This document shows, piece after piece, positions 25,227 through 38,792 of a DNA stretch of 64,000 nucleotides (position 1 is its first letter; each line of letters opens with the position of its first letter). Source of the stretch: Felis catus. Its lineage: Eukaryota. The notes below the pieces were generated by a model. It made no database searches. It was not told the origin of the DNA and saw nothing but the letters and a program-made list of their open reading frames with translations. The stretch covers positions 58,592,001-58,656,000 of the forward strand of contig NC_058368.1 of assembly GCF_018350175.1 (NCBI RefSeq). Reading direction: 5' to 3'. The translations under genes and the position numbers were made by a program.

Positions 25227-27864
25227 TAATTTATTTTCCACAACAGAACTTGTACCAATAATCACAATTGTATACTATTTAATACATTGCCTATGTAGTG
25301 CTTTAGAAATGGTCTTTGCTTATTCAGCTTCACTCTAGACTTATCTAAATTGTTTTTTACTTTTGTCCAACAAAAATTTGTTTGGTATAATTCTATTGTT
25401 CTATTATTTTTATATTTTGGCTATATATTTATTTATATTTACATGGAGTTATGATTTTATTATTGTTGCAGTTTTATTTTTATAGCTTCTATGCTTTTGT
25501 GCAATTTAGATCTCCTTCCTAAAATGTTCTTTCTTTTTTTGTGTGTTTATGATTCTGGCTTTCAAGGCAAAACTCTAGTTTAACTCTTCCAATTTCTGTA
25601 TTACATAAATCTATATCAATATCTGTATTCTCTAGAGGCAACCATGCAATTTATTTATTTTACTAGTTAAATAAGCACTTGTATTTTTATCTCTCATATA
25701 TAGTATCCAAAGTATTAATATCTCAAGTACAAAGTCAATTACTAAATAAGTAAATAAATAAATAAATAAATAAGATTCCCAGAATTGTAAGAAAGGGAAT
25801 TTGTGGAAACATTATAAATACTTAATTATGTTATGGGCACTAAGTATTATTATTTATTGATAATTAATTTTTCAAATTAAGTACACATATTTCTTACTAA
25901 GTGTAACTAACCATACAGAAACATACAACACCTATGGGCTATGGATTGACATTCAAATGGGGAATCCAGAAAAACCACTTAAATTCACTAAACTTGAGTT
26001 TCCCCATCTTTAAGAGAGCAACCAATGCAAATCAATTCACTGAGTTGTACTATCAGGGCTAAGTAAAATATATAGGTACAATTTTTACTAATGTTTGATG
26101 TTTTCAACAAATATTTAATGCTTCTATGCACTCCTGTAAGTGCTATGGATAGAAAAGTAAGAGAAAAGCAGTGAAAGGTGCTATCAGAGAAGGAGAGCAG
26201 AAGCAACTACTTCCATCGGTGGAAGGAGGAGAAGAAGGCAATGCCATGGGAGTTTTTCCGCAAGACTTGAGGTCTGAACTGGCAGCTGAATAATGACTAA
26301 TTGGAGTTAGCTAGATAAGTGAGGTGAGGTAAACAAGGAAAAATATTCCAGGTAGTTACCTCATTTACCATGAAAAATAGCGCAATGATTTTAGGTTAAT
26401 TTCTCTGTTAGTTATCAGAGCTGCATTTTATCACATGAGTAAACTAAAGCTCACAGAACTTAAAATCTCTATTGCCCCAGGTTCACCTAGCTAATGAGAG
26501 AGCCTGCATTGAACCTGTTCTGACTGTAGCATGGAAAATATTCTTTCCAAAGTGCTACCATGAGAGAACATATAATAGAGACCAAATAAATATTTGATGT
26601 CTTACTTGAAAAACCTGGAATAATTAAGCAAGTCTAGAAAATTGGAGCTTCTTATAAATATTTAATCTAAAAAGTTGCATATGTCAATCAAATTAATATC
26701 TCTATATATGAAGTGATAGACATGACTTATTTAAAGCCTTATGTATTTTACAAATATCCACCCAGAAACAGCATATCTCTTAACCCTATCTGATCAACAC
26801 AATTCCAGAAACATGAGGTCCATGCAAACATACAGCTGGTCATCTAAGCAATTTCATATATATTTCCCTAAAAACAGATCATTTTTGTTGTTATTGTTTC
26901 TGCCCTAGAGGAACCCTTGGGTTTCTTGGCTCGGAAAAATTAAGACTCATAGAAAAACTTCAATATGAGTACAGATCATGAATGCCTTCAATATTCACAG
27001 AATTATGTCAACACAGATAATATACCAGTGCAATTTTCAAAGAAGAATTTTTAGTTTTGCCTTAAGCTGTCATTCTATAACAGAAAAATTAATAAAAATG
27101 TTGACAAAATATCAAGTAATAAAACCTTATTCTGAATATAGTAACCCTGAACTTTTTTATTGGAAGTTCAGTTTTGGTCTTTCAAAATATCACAGGGCAC
27201 TTAACTATTTTTTTAAATGTTTGTCATTAAAATGTATGATTGTAATCCATAATATATTAAACTTCAAGATTTCATGGGGTATTTTTCATATAAATAAATT
27301 AATGGCTAAGTTAAATATTGCCTGAGGCCTGAAATAAACTTTTCATTGAACCACATACACAAAACAAACCAAAAAAAAACAAAAAAAGGAAATAAAAGAA
27401 AAAATAAGTAAAAGAGAGGAAAAAATATCACTCCCTTTTTACAAGGGCATTTGTTTTTGCTCTTTGCTATGAAGGAAGACAGTTTTCTTATCAGTCTGAT
27501 AAATTTTAAAAAGTCTCTACTTCCTCTGCAGCATCAAAATCACTGCTTTTCTACAATTATACTCCTTAGCAAAGAATGTCTGCTTTAGTCCAGAAAATAT
27601 GGCTATGCAGAATAAAAGCAAAAAAGGCTTTATAGTCTTTATAGTCTTTTTGATTCCAATTCTAATTAATATCAAAAATTATATATACATTTTTCATGAA
27701 ATTATTTGCGTGTGTGTAAGTTACAGTACTTAAACATATTATTCTACATGCAAAGATTGATTCCTTTAAGTAGTCATTGACTAATATCTTGAGTGGGGTA
27801 ATAAGTAATTTTCAGCAATTATGTTCATAAAATGTTACTAATTTCTTGATAACTTAATCTCCAT

Positions 27865-28507
27865 TGTTATGAGCAGAATGCTAAGGTGAACCCACAGATT
27901 CCTGTTCTTTGGTGTACTACTGACCTTGTGTAATCCCCATCCTTTGTGAGCAGAACATGTGGATACGACAGAAGACCACTCTCATGTTAACATTACATTA
28001 TATAGGATAACACTCTTCATGTTAACATTACAGAGCAAATGTGAAGGAATTTTTCAGGTAAAATTCATGTCCCTAATCAGTTGACTTTGAAGTAATAGAA
28101 AGTGAGATTAGCTTCAGCGGGCCCCATCTAACCAAGTGAGCAGTTAAGAAGAAGTCAGAGAGTTTTCACATGAGGAAATTCTCCAGTTAATCTTGAAGAA
28201 GCAGACACTGCGAGTTGCCTATGGAGGTGATCTCCTGGCAACCTGCAGGGAAATAGGGTCTTATGACCACACTGAACTGAGGTCTGTCAAGAAATGGTGA
28301 GATTGGAAGAGGAGCTGGGACCTTTCTTAGGTAAGATTGTAACCCAAACTAACACCTCAGTTTTAGACTATCCATCCCCTGACTAGGAGATAAAGTTAAC
28401 CTGGACTTGGCATCTTTACCTCGGGAAAACAGAAGATAATAAGCTTTTGTTGTTTTAAGCAGCTATATTTGTGGTAATCTGTTAGAAAGCAACAGGAAAC
28501 TGATGCA
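27865..28507 (+). mobile_element. MaLR solo LTR, MLT1E-like
   Basis: TG start with GCAGAATGCTAAGGTG; GTCCCTAATCAGTTGACTTTGA; end GTGGTAATCTGTTA..GCAACAGGAAACTGATGCA; internal CATGTTAACATTACA duplication. Confidence 0.85.
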
Positions 28508-29190
28508 TTCAATAGGGAATATCAGTTGCATTGTATTATGTTTTCCATCAAAAGAATGAATGCTAAACTTAAAAACGATTCCTTAAAAATTTAGCTATCA
28601 AGATTAGCTTTTCATAGGGATTAAATCTGAAATTTTATAAGAAAAAATGCTTGATTTTCACCATATGATAACATAATTAAATATATCTTGGTTGACATCC
28701 ATGTTCTGCTGAGACACACTTATTTACTCTAAGAAGTCTTCTGTGTCGGTCAAAGTGTAATGTAAAACGCCCAGAAACCTCTTTAGGCTTTTCAAGCAGA
28801 AAGATATTTATTTCAGGGAGTTTGGTGCTTACAAAATCATCACAAGGGCTGAGAAAGGAACTGTGCTTCAAAATTAGGCTGCCAGATTCTGTTGGCAATG
28901 AGATCTACTCACAAGTGTTTCCAAAGACAGAAGAGGGAGTGTAGAAGAAGAAAAGAGCCAGATCAGTTTTTCTAGCCTAGGTTTGTATTTCTATTGCATG
29001 CAAGTATACATCTCTCTGTTTTCTCTAACATAATATTTATAATACTATATTCTAATAACTCATTACCGACTAAAATTTTTTGTGTACTTTTGTTTCAGTA
29101 ATTCTATGTATATATTTCCTATTAATGAAATTGCTCAATATGCATACAACTTGTTTCAGTAATATGCAATTAATAATCTTCAGATTCTTC

Positions 29191-29209
29191 ATATATATGT
29201 GTGTGTGCA

Positions 29210-29243
<34 letters not shown>

Positions 29244-29343
29244 CATATATATAAAACATATATGTATATATATACATATATATAAAACATATATGTGTAT
29301 ATATATATATACATATATATAAAACATATATATGTATATATAT
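29191..29343. repeat. Compound (TG)n/(TA)n microsatellite with a higher-order unit
   Basis: ACATATATATAAAACATATAT occurs three times. Confidence 0.92.
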
Positions 29344-32323
29344 GTGGTAAAATTTGATTTTCCTTCCTAGTTTTTCTACTAAGGAATTGATAAGTACTAA
29401 AATCCTTTAGAACATTTCTAAAGGAATGTCAAATGTATTAAAACCCAAGTATTAAGTACTAGTATGGCTTGTGATTTAAGTGTGTTTGTATGTGTATGGG
29501 CTCCTAGAACTCGGGTTGTATGCTTTATATTTTTGATTTCAGTAAGTGTATGTACCACAATTTAAACACAGTGCAACTTCAAAACATCTCCCCCCTACTA
29601 TAATGCATTATTTCTTATCCTTGTATCATCAGAAAATAGGCATTGTACTTCATAAACTAGCAAATTAATCACTTCAGAAATTATCACAAACTTAACAGAA
29701 TTTATTTTGATTGTGTAGTGTATGTGTATTTTATTTCCATTACTGGAACTTCTCTAGGAATATTATTTGTGACCATATCTCCATCAACCCACATTTTTAG
29801 AAGGAAATTTCTGTCTTATAATCTGTTCTATTCAACTGAATGAAGTCTAAGTGTACACAGAACACTAGAGGCTTCTTTGGAGATAACAAAATACGCAATG
29901 TTTCCTTTAGGCTTCTAAGATCAAATTATAATCTTTTGGGTATACAGATTTAAAATAGGTTTTTTTTTTTTTTTGAGAATTTATACGCCTAGTGCCATCT
30001 AAAGCATTTTCTTATTAATTTACTCCATGTTCACAAAAACGGCCAGTATACTTCAGTGTTCTCACAACTGATGCTAAAATCTTGAAATAGTTTTATGCTG
30101 ATACTTCTCCCCTTCCACCCTGGCCATCCCAACCTCTCAGAAATTTCCTCTATCCTCCATATTCTAGCAACTAAAGGGCTCATAGCTGCCTCAGCAAAAA
30201 GCTACCAAAATTTGCTAAAAATGGCACAGACACTGCTTGCCATACTGGATGTGAAGTGCCTCTGATTATGCTCATTTTTGTAGTTGTGTAAACTGAGGTA
30301 CAGAGTAATTAAGCAATTCAGCCTGTAATAGCTGGAATTTATACCCAAGCAGTCTGACTCAGAAGTAAACTCTGTATTCAATACTATATAGTCCTACGTA
30401 TTGTCTTAAATTAAAAAGGAAGATGTTACATGTATACTCATATTTTGATAAAATTCTAGGGAACCCTAACAGAATGATCAGACCAGTTTTACACTTAAGC
30501 AGATATTATCTACATATGTACATGTATTACATATGTATTAAGTTTAGTTTAATACATTTTGAAATTAGTTTTCTTTTTACCTTGTATGTTATTATTGACT
30601 TATTGAAGTGACAAAAAGTGCATAGTTAAATACTGTAAATAAATAAGACACCAGGACAAATATTTAATCTCCACATGCACAATTAAGTCAGTTTTAGCAG
30701 CAACAGTGCTTTGATTATTATTATTTTATTTATCTTTTTTCCAGGAGAAAACGAAGGTGGGATCAAGGCACCAACCTGCTGCCTCAGCTGGCAGGGTCAC
30801 TTGTGTGTTCCAGGCTTGAGATTCTTTGTATAGCTGCAGGTTAGTGATTGCTGAGCCGGTTTAAGTAGGATTGTTGCAGAGGTGACCTTTCCAGTCTCCT
30901 ACAATTTATATCATTTACTGGCAATTGGAAAAACAGCTACAATAGTATCAGCTACCCGAGAGGCTAGTCCTTCTGCTGGGCCTCCTGGCCAGACAACAGA
31001 CATCTCAGTAGATCTTAGGCCAAAAAAAAGCGTGCAAGTAGATATAGAAAGGGGTAAAAACAAAATGTCCTGTAAAAGTTCTTACCCGTATAATCAAAGG
31101 TAGAAAGAACTCTTTAGATTTGTTGGTATAAGACATTACATAAGGCAATATGTTTACATGAGGCTCAGCCAAAAGCAGGGAATTAGGAAAAAAAAATTGG
31201 AATAGGGATTCCTTCTCCTTCTTTATTTCAAAACTTGTGTAAATAATGCCAACAAGCTTTTGTTCCTGTGCCAGAAAAACAAGGGCATGAATGATTCAGT
31301 TGGTCAGTATCACCTTGTACAAAATAGGGTGCCTTCCTCCTGACAAAATCAAAACGTGTTCTAAGTAGATACTGGTTTTGTGATTGAACAGTCCCTTCTG
31401 AGGGTAAAATTGAAAAGCTTATTTTATCCATTTTAATAAAATGGTGTTTTAAATAAAGTTCACTTTAACATAGTGAGGGTTTTGTCCTTTCATCTAGTGA
31501 TTTTGTATTAGGCTCAAACACAATGTTAAACAGAAATTTTAACATGTATCTGTCATGAAATATATAAAGCAACTGTGAATATAAGAAGACTTCCTATGTC
31601 CCTGATGAGACAAACTGGAAATCTGTGGTCAAATAGATACTTGTATTTAATTTATTCATTTGATAGTACATGCTTAAAATTACATATTACATGGACCAAT
31701 ACATTTTATTTTTAGAAATAGAACTGTTTTCTATTGTTACATTTTATGAAAACAAAAGACATTCAAATTAGTGGCATAAATATTCTGTTGCAGATTCTTC
31801 ATCATGAATGAGGCCACTTTTTGAATTATTAAACAGTTTTCCAAAGTACACCATCTCACATGTTTCTAAGTGGTCTAAAGTAAAACATCTGTTTATAATC
31901 CATGTATGGTGCTGTCATTGAAATTTCATCCCATGTTGGAAGTATCCATTTGCGTAACTAGAACTATCTATTGTGACTATGTGACTACCACTTACCAAGG
32001 CACTTTATAAAGTGATTTTTATGAGTTTTGTTTATGATGATGACATCTAACACAACCATGAAGTCATACCCTCAGGAATTACTAACATGGTGTCAAATAT
32101 ATTTGCCTCCTGTTTACTCTGTTTCTCCAGTGACCTCTATTAGTGTCCAAAGCTTGCATTGACTGAGAGTCATTTCTGTCCTCCAGAGACAATATTGTGT
32201 GGCTCAAAATAAAGTAATAGAATGGTCACCACATTATATGGCAGCAATAGGTCATCTAATAGGGTCTCTAACTTAATTCTGGCTAAAATGTAAATTGTCT
32301 AAACCTATTTTAGAAATCTAGTT

Positions 32324-32381
32324 CATACTAATACTAGATGTATTAGCCATACTAATTAGCCCATACTAATACTAGATGTAT
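32324..32381. repeat. 20-bp direct repeat with templated spacer
   Basis: CATACTAATACTAGATGTAT at 32324 and 32362; the spacer reuses TAGCC and CATACTAAT. Confidence 0.8.
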
Positions 32382-32717
32382 CGTTTACATAAAGAATAAG
32401 AATCAATACGTGTGCGTGCACATATACGCATGCATACACATGATGACACATTACTAATTACATTATTTAATAATATTAGTTTCACACTTTTCAGACAACC
32501 ATTAAATTAGGATGAAGGCCACAGAAAAGCATTTAAGGTCAACAGTTTGAAATCAGTCATTGTCTTCCAAACCTTGGCTCTGTTTTCTAACCATGCTGTC
32601 TTAGACAAGTTGCTTAATATCCGAAGCTTTACTTTACTCATCTCTAAATTAGGACTGATAATGGTACTGACATAATAGGACTGATATAAGGGATTTAAGA
32701 ATTTGCCAGTATGGGGT

Positions 32718-32963
32718 GGGGGTGCCTGGTGGCTCAGTCAGTTAAGAGTCTGACTTTGGCTCAGGTCATGATCTCCCTGTTCATGGGTTCAAGCCCCGTG
32801 TTGGGCTCTGTGCTGACAGCTAAGAGCCTGGAGCCTGCTTCAGATTCTGTGTCTCCCTCTCTCTCTGCCCCTCCCCCACTCACATACTCTCTCTCTCTCC
32901 CCCTCTCTCTCTCTCTCTCTCTCTGTCTGTCAAAACTAAATAAACATTAAACAATTTTTAAAA
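32718..32963 (+). mobile_element. CanSINE inserted in a MIR (MIR at ~32520-32700)
   Basis: SINE head, body and tail; TSD AAGAATTTG(C/G)CA(G/A)TATG. Confidence 0.95.
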
Positions 32964-33754
32964 AAGAATTTGGCAATATGCATGTTAGTGATATGATAGA
33001 AAAATATTTAGCAAATGGCCATAATATTTGCAATTATAAAATTCTGTGAAAAAGATAGAATTTGGATTTTACGTGGTGAAAAATAAGCAGAATAAGCCAA
33101 TAGGAAAATTTACATAAAAATTTAAATTTCTGGAACAGAGTATATATGTGTATATGTATACAAATATAATATTTCCTATTATATACTTGAAAATATTTTC
33201 TATTTATGTACAAATATGTTTTTAAATTTGCATATCATAGATATATATAAATATATATGTATGATATTCCACTGTCCTTTCCTTTATAATTATAAATCAG
33301 AAATCTTTACATTTTTAGATACTTCTTGTATAAAGAATTCTTTTTTCTATAAATGAAAGGAAAAGGAAACACCATATGTATAGATATAAGATGGGCTGAG
33401 TTTTGCTATTATTGACCTTGAAATCTGACTATAATTTTCCATATAGTCAAACTGAAAATGTCAGGTAAAAATTATTTGGTCTACTATGCACTTAATGCCA
33501 TGGCACATATAAATACCATGGTCCACATTCTTAAAGATTTTACAGTTTAATTTGTATATTTTAGAAATGCTTAGACAGATTTCTATTGCCCATATCTCAT
33601 ATCTAATAGTTTGCTTTTCCACATAGAAAACTTCTAATATGCTCAAGGGATTCTTTGCCTTTTCCTTCAGTAGAAAATTATTAGTAGTGTGTGAATAATA
33701 AAGGGCTTCAATTTTCCAAGATCAGCAAACACTAGCAACACTTCTTTTTTTTTT

Positions 33755-33967
33755 ATTTCTTTTTTTTTTTTTTTTTCTTTTTGGGACAGAGAGAGACAGA
33801 GCATGAACGGGGGAGGGGCAGAAAGAGAGGGAGACACAGAATCGGAAACAGGCTCCAGGCTCCGAGCCATCAGCCCAGAGCCTGACGCGGGGCTCGAACT
33901 CACGGACCGCGAGATCGTGACCTGGCTGAAGTCGGACGCTTAACCGACTGCGCCACCCAGGCGCCCC
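33755..33967 (-). mobile_element. Young felid CanSINE nested at the tail of an older CanSINE
   Basis: CpG-intact; TSD CACTTCTTTTTTTTTT at 33739-33754 and 33967-33982. Confidence 0.96.
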
Positions 33968-33972
33968 ACTTC

Positions 33973-34184
33973 TTTTTTTTTTTTTAATGTTTATTTATTT
34001 TTGAGAGAGAGACAGAGTATGAGTGGGGGGAGAAGCAGAGAGAGAGGGAGACACAGAATCTGAAGCAGGCTCCAGGCTCTGAGCTGTCAGCACAGAGCCC
34101 GATGGGAGGGTTGAACTCACAAACCCTCAGATCGTGACCTGAGCTGAAGTTGGACGCTTACCGTCTGAGCCACCCAGGCACCCC
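33973..34184 (-). mobile_element. Older host CanSINE
   Basis: Outer TSD AACACTAGCAACACTTCTT (33728-33746) and AACACTGGCACCACTTCTT (34186-34204). Confidence 0.95.
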
Positions 34185-34268
34185 TAACACTGGCACCACT
34201 TCTTACCCACCCATGTGCTCTCATCTAGAGAGACATCTTTTAACAACATGAACAACCCTACTAGTCTA

Positions 34269-34914
34269 TGTTAACTTTGAACAATGAACACACTGGGGAG
34301 GAGTCTGGCTCCAGGCCAAAATCCTATGTGTGCTCTCTCAAGCCAGACCATAAGCTTTTATGAAGGCTTACCTGGCACATGTCACACCAAGCCAGGTGCA
34401 CAGCCAGGACACTGTGCTCTGTGAAGGGAGCTCAGGGACCCAGACCCACCTGGCTGGCTATGCTTTGATGCACATGCACATATGCATTCTAGCCTAGGCA
34501 GCTCTATTCACCGGCCTCTCTCGAGCACCTCTGCCAAGACTCCTCCATAATTATAGGCATGCTTTAGAGACACTGTTCTCCACTCGACTCAGACTCAGTA
34601 TGTTTTCACTGCTAACAGCTTCCCCCTCCCTTGCTTGGCCCCTGGGTCAGTAAAAGGGCAGAAGCTTTTAGTTTAGGGCTCCCCAAGCACTGAGAAAATA
34701 CCCACATCTGCACTGAGCCACCAGCCCCTCACTCAGTGCTGTTCCATGGGGAAAAATAGAACACCAAGGGAGCTCATGCTTTTTCCTGTTTATGCTACTT
34801 ATATTATCACAATAAGTGATTAAAGGCTTGACTGTTACTTTCATTTTGACTGTCTTAACTGACCACTTGACATCTGGCAGCTCAGCACTCTCTAGCTCAG
34901 TTCAGCTGTTGACA
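34269..34914 (+). mobile_element. Solo ERVL-type LTR, MER54-like
   Basis: TGTTAAC...GTTGACA terminal inverted repeats, GC-richer than flanks, GTAAAAGGG TATA-like site, ATTAAA polyA signal; family name from memory. Confidence 0.75.
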
Positions 34915-36196
34915 GTTGGTAGGGAGAGAGGGTGATAGATAAAGTTAACTATGGAAGGGTGCTGAGTCAGAAAATGAGCGACATATTGAATGAAATTCAT
35001 TAAAAGAAGTCAAAAGTAATAAAGTATTTCTGATACCCAATAATATTTTCCTAAATTAACTCTATATATACAAGAAAGAATTGTAAGCTGGGAACTTCAG
35101 AGATATTTCCCATATTTGGTTTCCATGGAACTGTGTGCAGTGATGGTTTGTTTCCAGTATACATGTGTTTTAATTAAACAGAGTGCACTACAAAGCAGAG
35201 ATGGTTTCTATCATCTGTGCCATTCCAGGAAAATATTCACAGGTGACATAAGAAAAAAATCAAAGACTAATGCAGCAGTATGATCAGTGCTTATTTTTCT
35301 GTAACTGACTTTATGTCATAGCATTTAAATACAGCACACTCTGTATGAGATAGCACCAAAATTTGCAGTAATTACTAAGATAACATCTCCTGTGAGTGGA
35401 GACATAACTTTGGCACAATCCTACAGAATAGGTGAAGTAGACGAAGGAAAGCAGAAGACAGTCATTATCAGTGTTTTAATTCCTTGGTTACGTTCACGGA
35501 AGTTGATGGCATTAGACATAGTAAATAGGGAGTAAGAGCTTTGACCCCTCAAGGTTCTTTTAAATCCTGAAGGCATTCCACACTCTTGATGGGCTTGGAT
35601 TCACAGCAGTTTGACAACATGTTCCCTTTCTGATTAAAACTGCTGTAGTTAGCTTGAGAGCAGCAGAGAAAGCTGTCAAATTAATAAGCAAGAAAATGCT
35701 GCTTAAAGCAAGATTTTAGAGGCTGTTTCTCACCTCATTTGCCAGCTCTACCTCAGAGACCACTTATTTAAACAGTTCTTACACTGAAATACTTTACATT
35801 CCTATGTTCATTTTAATTATGAACAGTCCTTACACTAGACTGAATTCCCAACATTAATCATGATGTCTACCACAGATCCCAGTTGTTTCTGGTATCTCAA
35901 ATACAGGACAACCTTCTTCCTAGATGATAGACTAAGATTTATTAAAACCAAAACATTCTTCCCCATCCCATCCCTTCTCTCAAGAAAGAATAGCTACTCA
36001 CTATTGGGATTTTTTAGAAATAAATATATCTTGATTCCACTTTGAAGTATTAAACTAAATAAACCCACCCAATATTGTAACCGAGAAAACCCAAATGCCT
36101 AATATCTTTATCCACATGGAATTATTGCAGTATTGGTATAAGAAACAATATTAAATTATGCTGAGGTTAAATGGTCATATAAATATTCAAAGTCTA

Positions 36197-36381
36197 GGGA
36201 CGCCTGGGTGGCTTAGTTGGTTAAGCATCAGAACAGATTTCGGATCAAGTCATGATCTCACATTTCGTGAGATGGAGACCCATGCTGGGCTCTGCGCTAG
36301 GGGCTTGGGATTCTTTCTCTCCCTCTCTCTCTGCCCCTCCCCACTTGTACTCTTTCTCTCAAAATAAACATTAAAAAAATA
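36197..36381 (+). mobile_element. CanSINE
   Basis: TSD AAAT(A/G)TTCAAAGTCTA at 36181-36196 and 36382-36397. Confidence 0.94.
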
Positions 36382-36802
36382 AAATGTTCAAAGTCTAATA
36401 ACAAATATATGCTTGAAGTAAATGATTTGGAGGGTATTAATTAGTATTTGTTGAACAGTTCTTGAATGCCAGTCACTACCTTTAATGATAGACAATATGT
36501 TACCTCAAAACCAACTAAAATAATTTAATGAATGCAGATGAATGAACTAAAGTCCTGAGATGTTCAACAATTTTGTGCAGTCCACCTAATTCACTATGTT
36601 CCTTCTCTTCTGTTGTAACTCAGCTTTCTTCCATAGGCCATACTCTATTACCCACATGCATAGCCTCCTGAAATTTGCTGAGCATGCTTATGATTATACT
36701 TGGTATTGAAGGGGTGAGAAAGAAGCCAAGATAGGTTTCCATATTTGTGAAAATTACCAAACCCAGTTAGATTAAGGCAAAATTACAAGGCAGTATATAT
36801 TA

Positions 36803-36997
36803 AAAAGGGAAGAAGAAAAGAAGGAAGGAAGGAAGGAAGGAAGGAAGGAAGGAAGGAAGGAAGGAAAATATGAAGGAGGGGAGGAAGGAAAGAAGAAGGG
36901 ATGGAAGGAAGGAAGGAAAGAAGGAAGAAAGGAAGGAAGGATGGAAAGAAAAGGGATGGAAGAAAGGAAGGAAGGTAGAAGGTAGAGAGGGAAGAAA
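36803..36997. repeat. (GGAA)n-type polypurine microsatellite
   Basis: About 195 bp, almost all A/G, with a perfect GGAA run at the 5' end. Confidence 0.95.
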
Positions 36998-36999
36998 TA

Positions 37000-37480
37000 G
37001 CAAGATGTAAAGTTTTTTTATTGTTGAATGACTCTTGGTAAACTATTTAAACTTGCTGCCCTTCAATTTACTTACCTGCAAATGAGATTATGAATAAGGC
37101 TTACTTTGTACATTGTTATAAAACATTAGAAAAAAGATTCGTACAATTTATGTAGCATAGAAATTTACAGAGTATAAGCTTAATATATGCTTATCATTAT
37201 TAGATAAGGAAACAAAAATCTTACATGCTAAGAAGTATGTTAACAGTCATAGTGACAATAGTAATAACAATAACAGTAGAACTAATCACTCTAGGTTATA
37301 TGAATTAATGCCATTAATCATCTCAAGTATCTTAGCATATTACTATCCATATTTAACAGTGAAGGAAATTACAGTACAGAAACATTAAGTACATTGTTTA
37401 ACAGCTCTCCACTACCAAGTGACAGAGAGCCGAGGAGACTGGCTCTTCAGGGTCCTTTGACAATGTGCATGTACTGTGTA
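37000..37480. mobile_element. Two MIR relics (sense then antisense)
   Basis: CTTCAATTTACTTACCTGCAAATGAG (sense) and ATCCATATTTAACAGTGAAGGAAATTA...AAGTGACAGAG (antisense). Confidence 0.6.
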
Positions 37481-38565
37481 CATACTGACCATGGTCGTGT
37501 AGCTGTTATTATGAGTAAACATGTGTTTCCTAGTCACTGTGAATTCCTGTAGGCAGTATGACATGACAATTCTAGTGACAATAAAAATTGTAACCAGAAT
37601 GCAAAAGTTAAATCCAGGCTAAAAAGGTAGTTTTCATATTGATATAAAGTCATTATGTTGGAATCTCACAGTGATAGGTTTGAGAGTTCTCAAGGATATG
37701 CTCGGAGCTCCTGCAGCCTGGCAGGATCTTCCCTGGACTACAGGGAATGCCTCAAACGTCAGTGCCTAACACCACTGCACTGAGCATAAAAGAACTGGCA
37801 CATGCTGACTGACCCCTCTCAGCCGAGTCCATCCTGCCCTCACAGTGCTTCCTAAAATTTTTCCCACCTAAAAGTGCTCAGTTTTCACCAGCATTCTACT
37901 TTTCTGGACACAAAATATATGCTTTAGTAAAAATGACCTAGTTTGAGTCTTAAAATCCTAATGAGGGAATAGACTCTTCTCTACAGGGATAGCCAGCAAT
38001 ATTGTACCTGCTTACAGCTCAGTATGGGGTCCTGTGAAAGATCCCGGGCAGTCTGGCAGGAAGGAAGTTCCAGTGGGTATCTGCGTCAGTCAGGAAGCAC
38101 AAGGCATAGGAATGGACAAGACTTCTTGGAAGACATACTCTACCTTTTCTCTCAATTCACTGGGCAGGTGGGGGCAGAGATAAGTTAATTGAAAGCAGAA
38201 GGGGAGAAGTTGCTTCAGGCACTTGCACATTCTGAAAGCACTTGGAATCATAGTAGAGGAAGACTTTGATTGATTTAATTACTACTCAAGTGTAGAGAGG
38301 TTGGAGCCCACAGGCATACTCCAAACATGCACAAGTTTCTTTTGTTAGTTAAATTTATGCTGCTGAGAAAGAATAAAGCTGGATGGATAAGAAACAATCT
38401 GGTGAGGAGTGTCCCATGAAGAAGAAATCCTTATTTTTCTAGTCCTATCTACGTATGACAAAACTGAATGTACTGGGGGGCCATTTTCATCACCAAAAGA
38501 TGGCACAAGGCATTTCCTCAGGCAGGAAATGCCTGGTAACTGTGTCTTCCCAGTTAATTTTAACC

Positions 38566-38792
38566 AATGGTTCACACTATCGGGGTAGTTACTTTGTGCC
38601 AGACACTGTTAGAAAATATATGCTGCATTTGTTCACTTCTAACCCTTACTACAACCCAGTGTTTAAGGTGGGTACTATTTTGATCTGTATTTTTGAGAAT
38701 TTTCTATATCTGGAAAACAGTAGAGCCAGGACTGGTACCCAGGCAGCCTGGCTTTATAGTCTATGTTCCTAGGTACTCCAGGATACTGCCCC
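38566..38792 (-). mobile_element. MIR within the ERV RT region
   Basis: TTACTTTGTGCCAGACACTGT, AGGTGGGTACTATT, AGAGCCAGGACTGGTACCCAGGCAG and ATACTGCC follow antisense MIR. Confidence 0.85.

Noticed and set aside
17648..28507. Two same-orientation MLT1E-like LTRs as ends of one provirus
   Set aside because: They are ~10 kb apart and clearly different, and the interval holds MIRs and unique DNA rather than MaLR internal sequence.
30746..30766. RKRRWDQ peptide resembling the SF3B1 ULM motif
   Set aside because: Only seven residues, with no further similarity on either side; not evidence of a gene or retrocopy.
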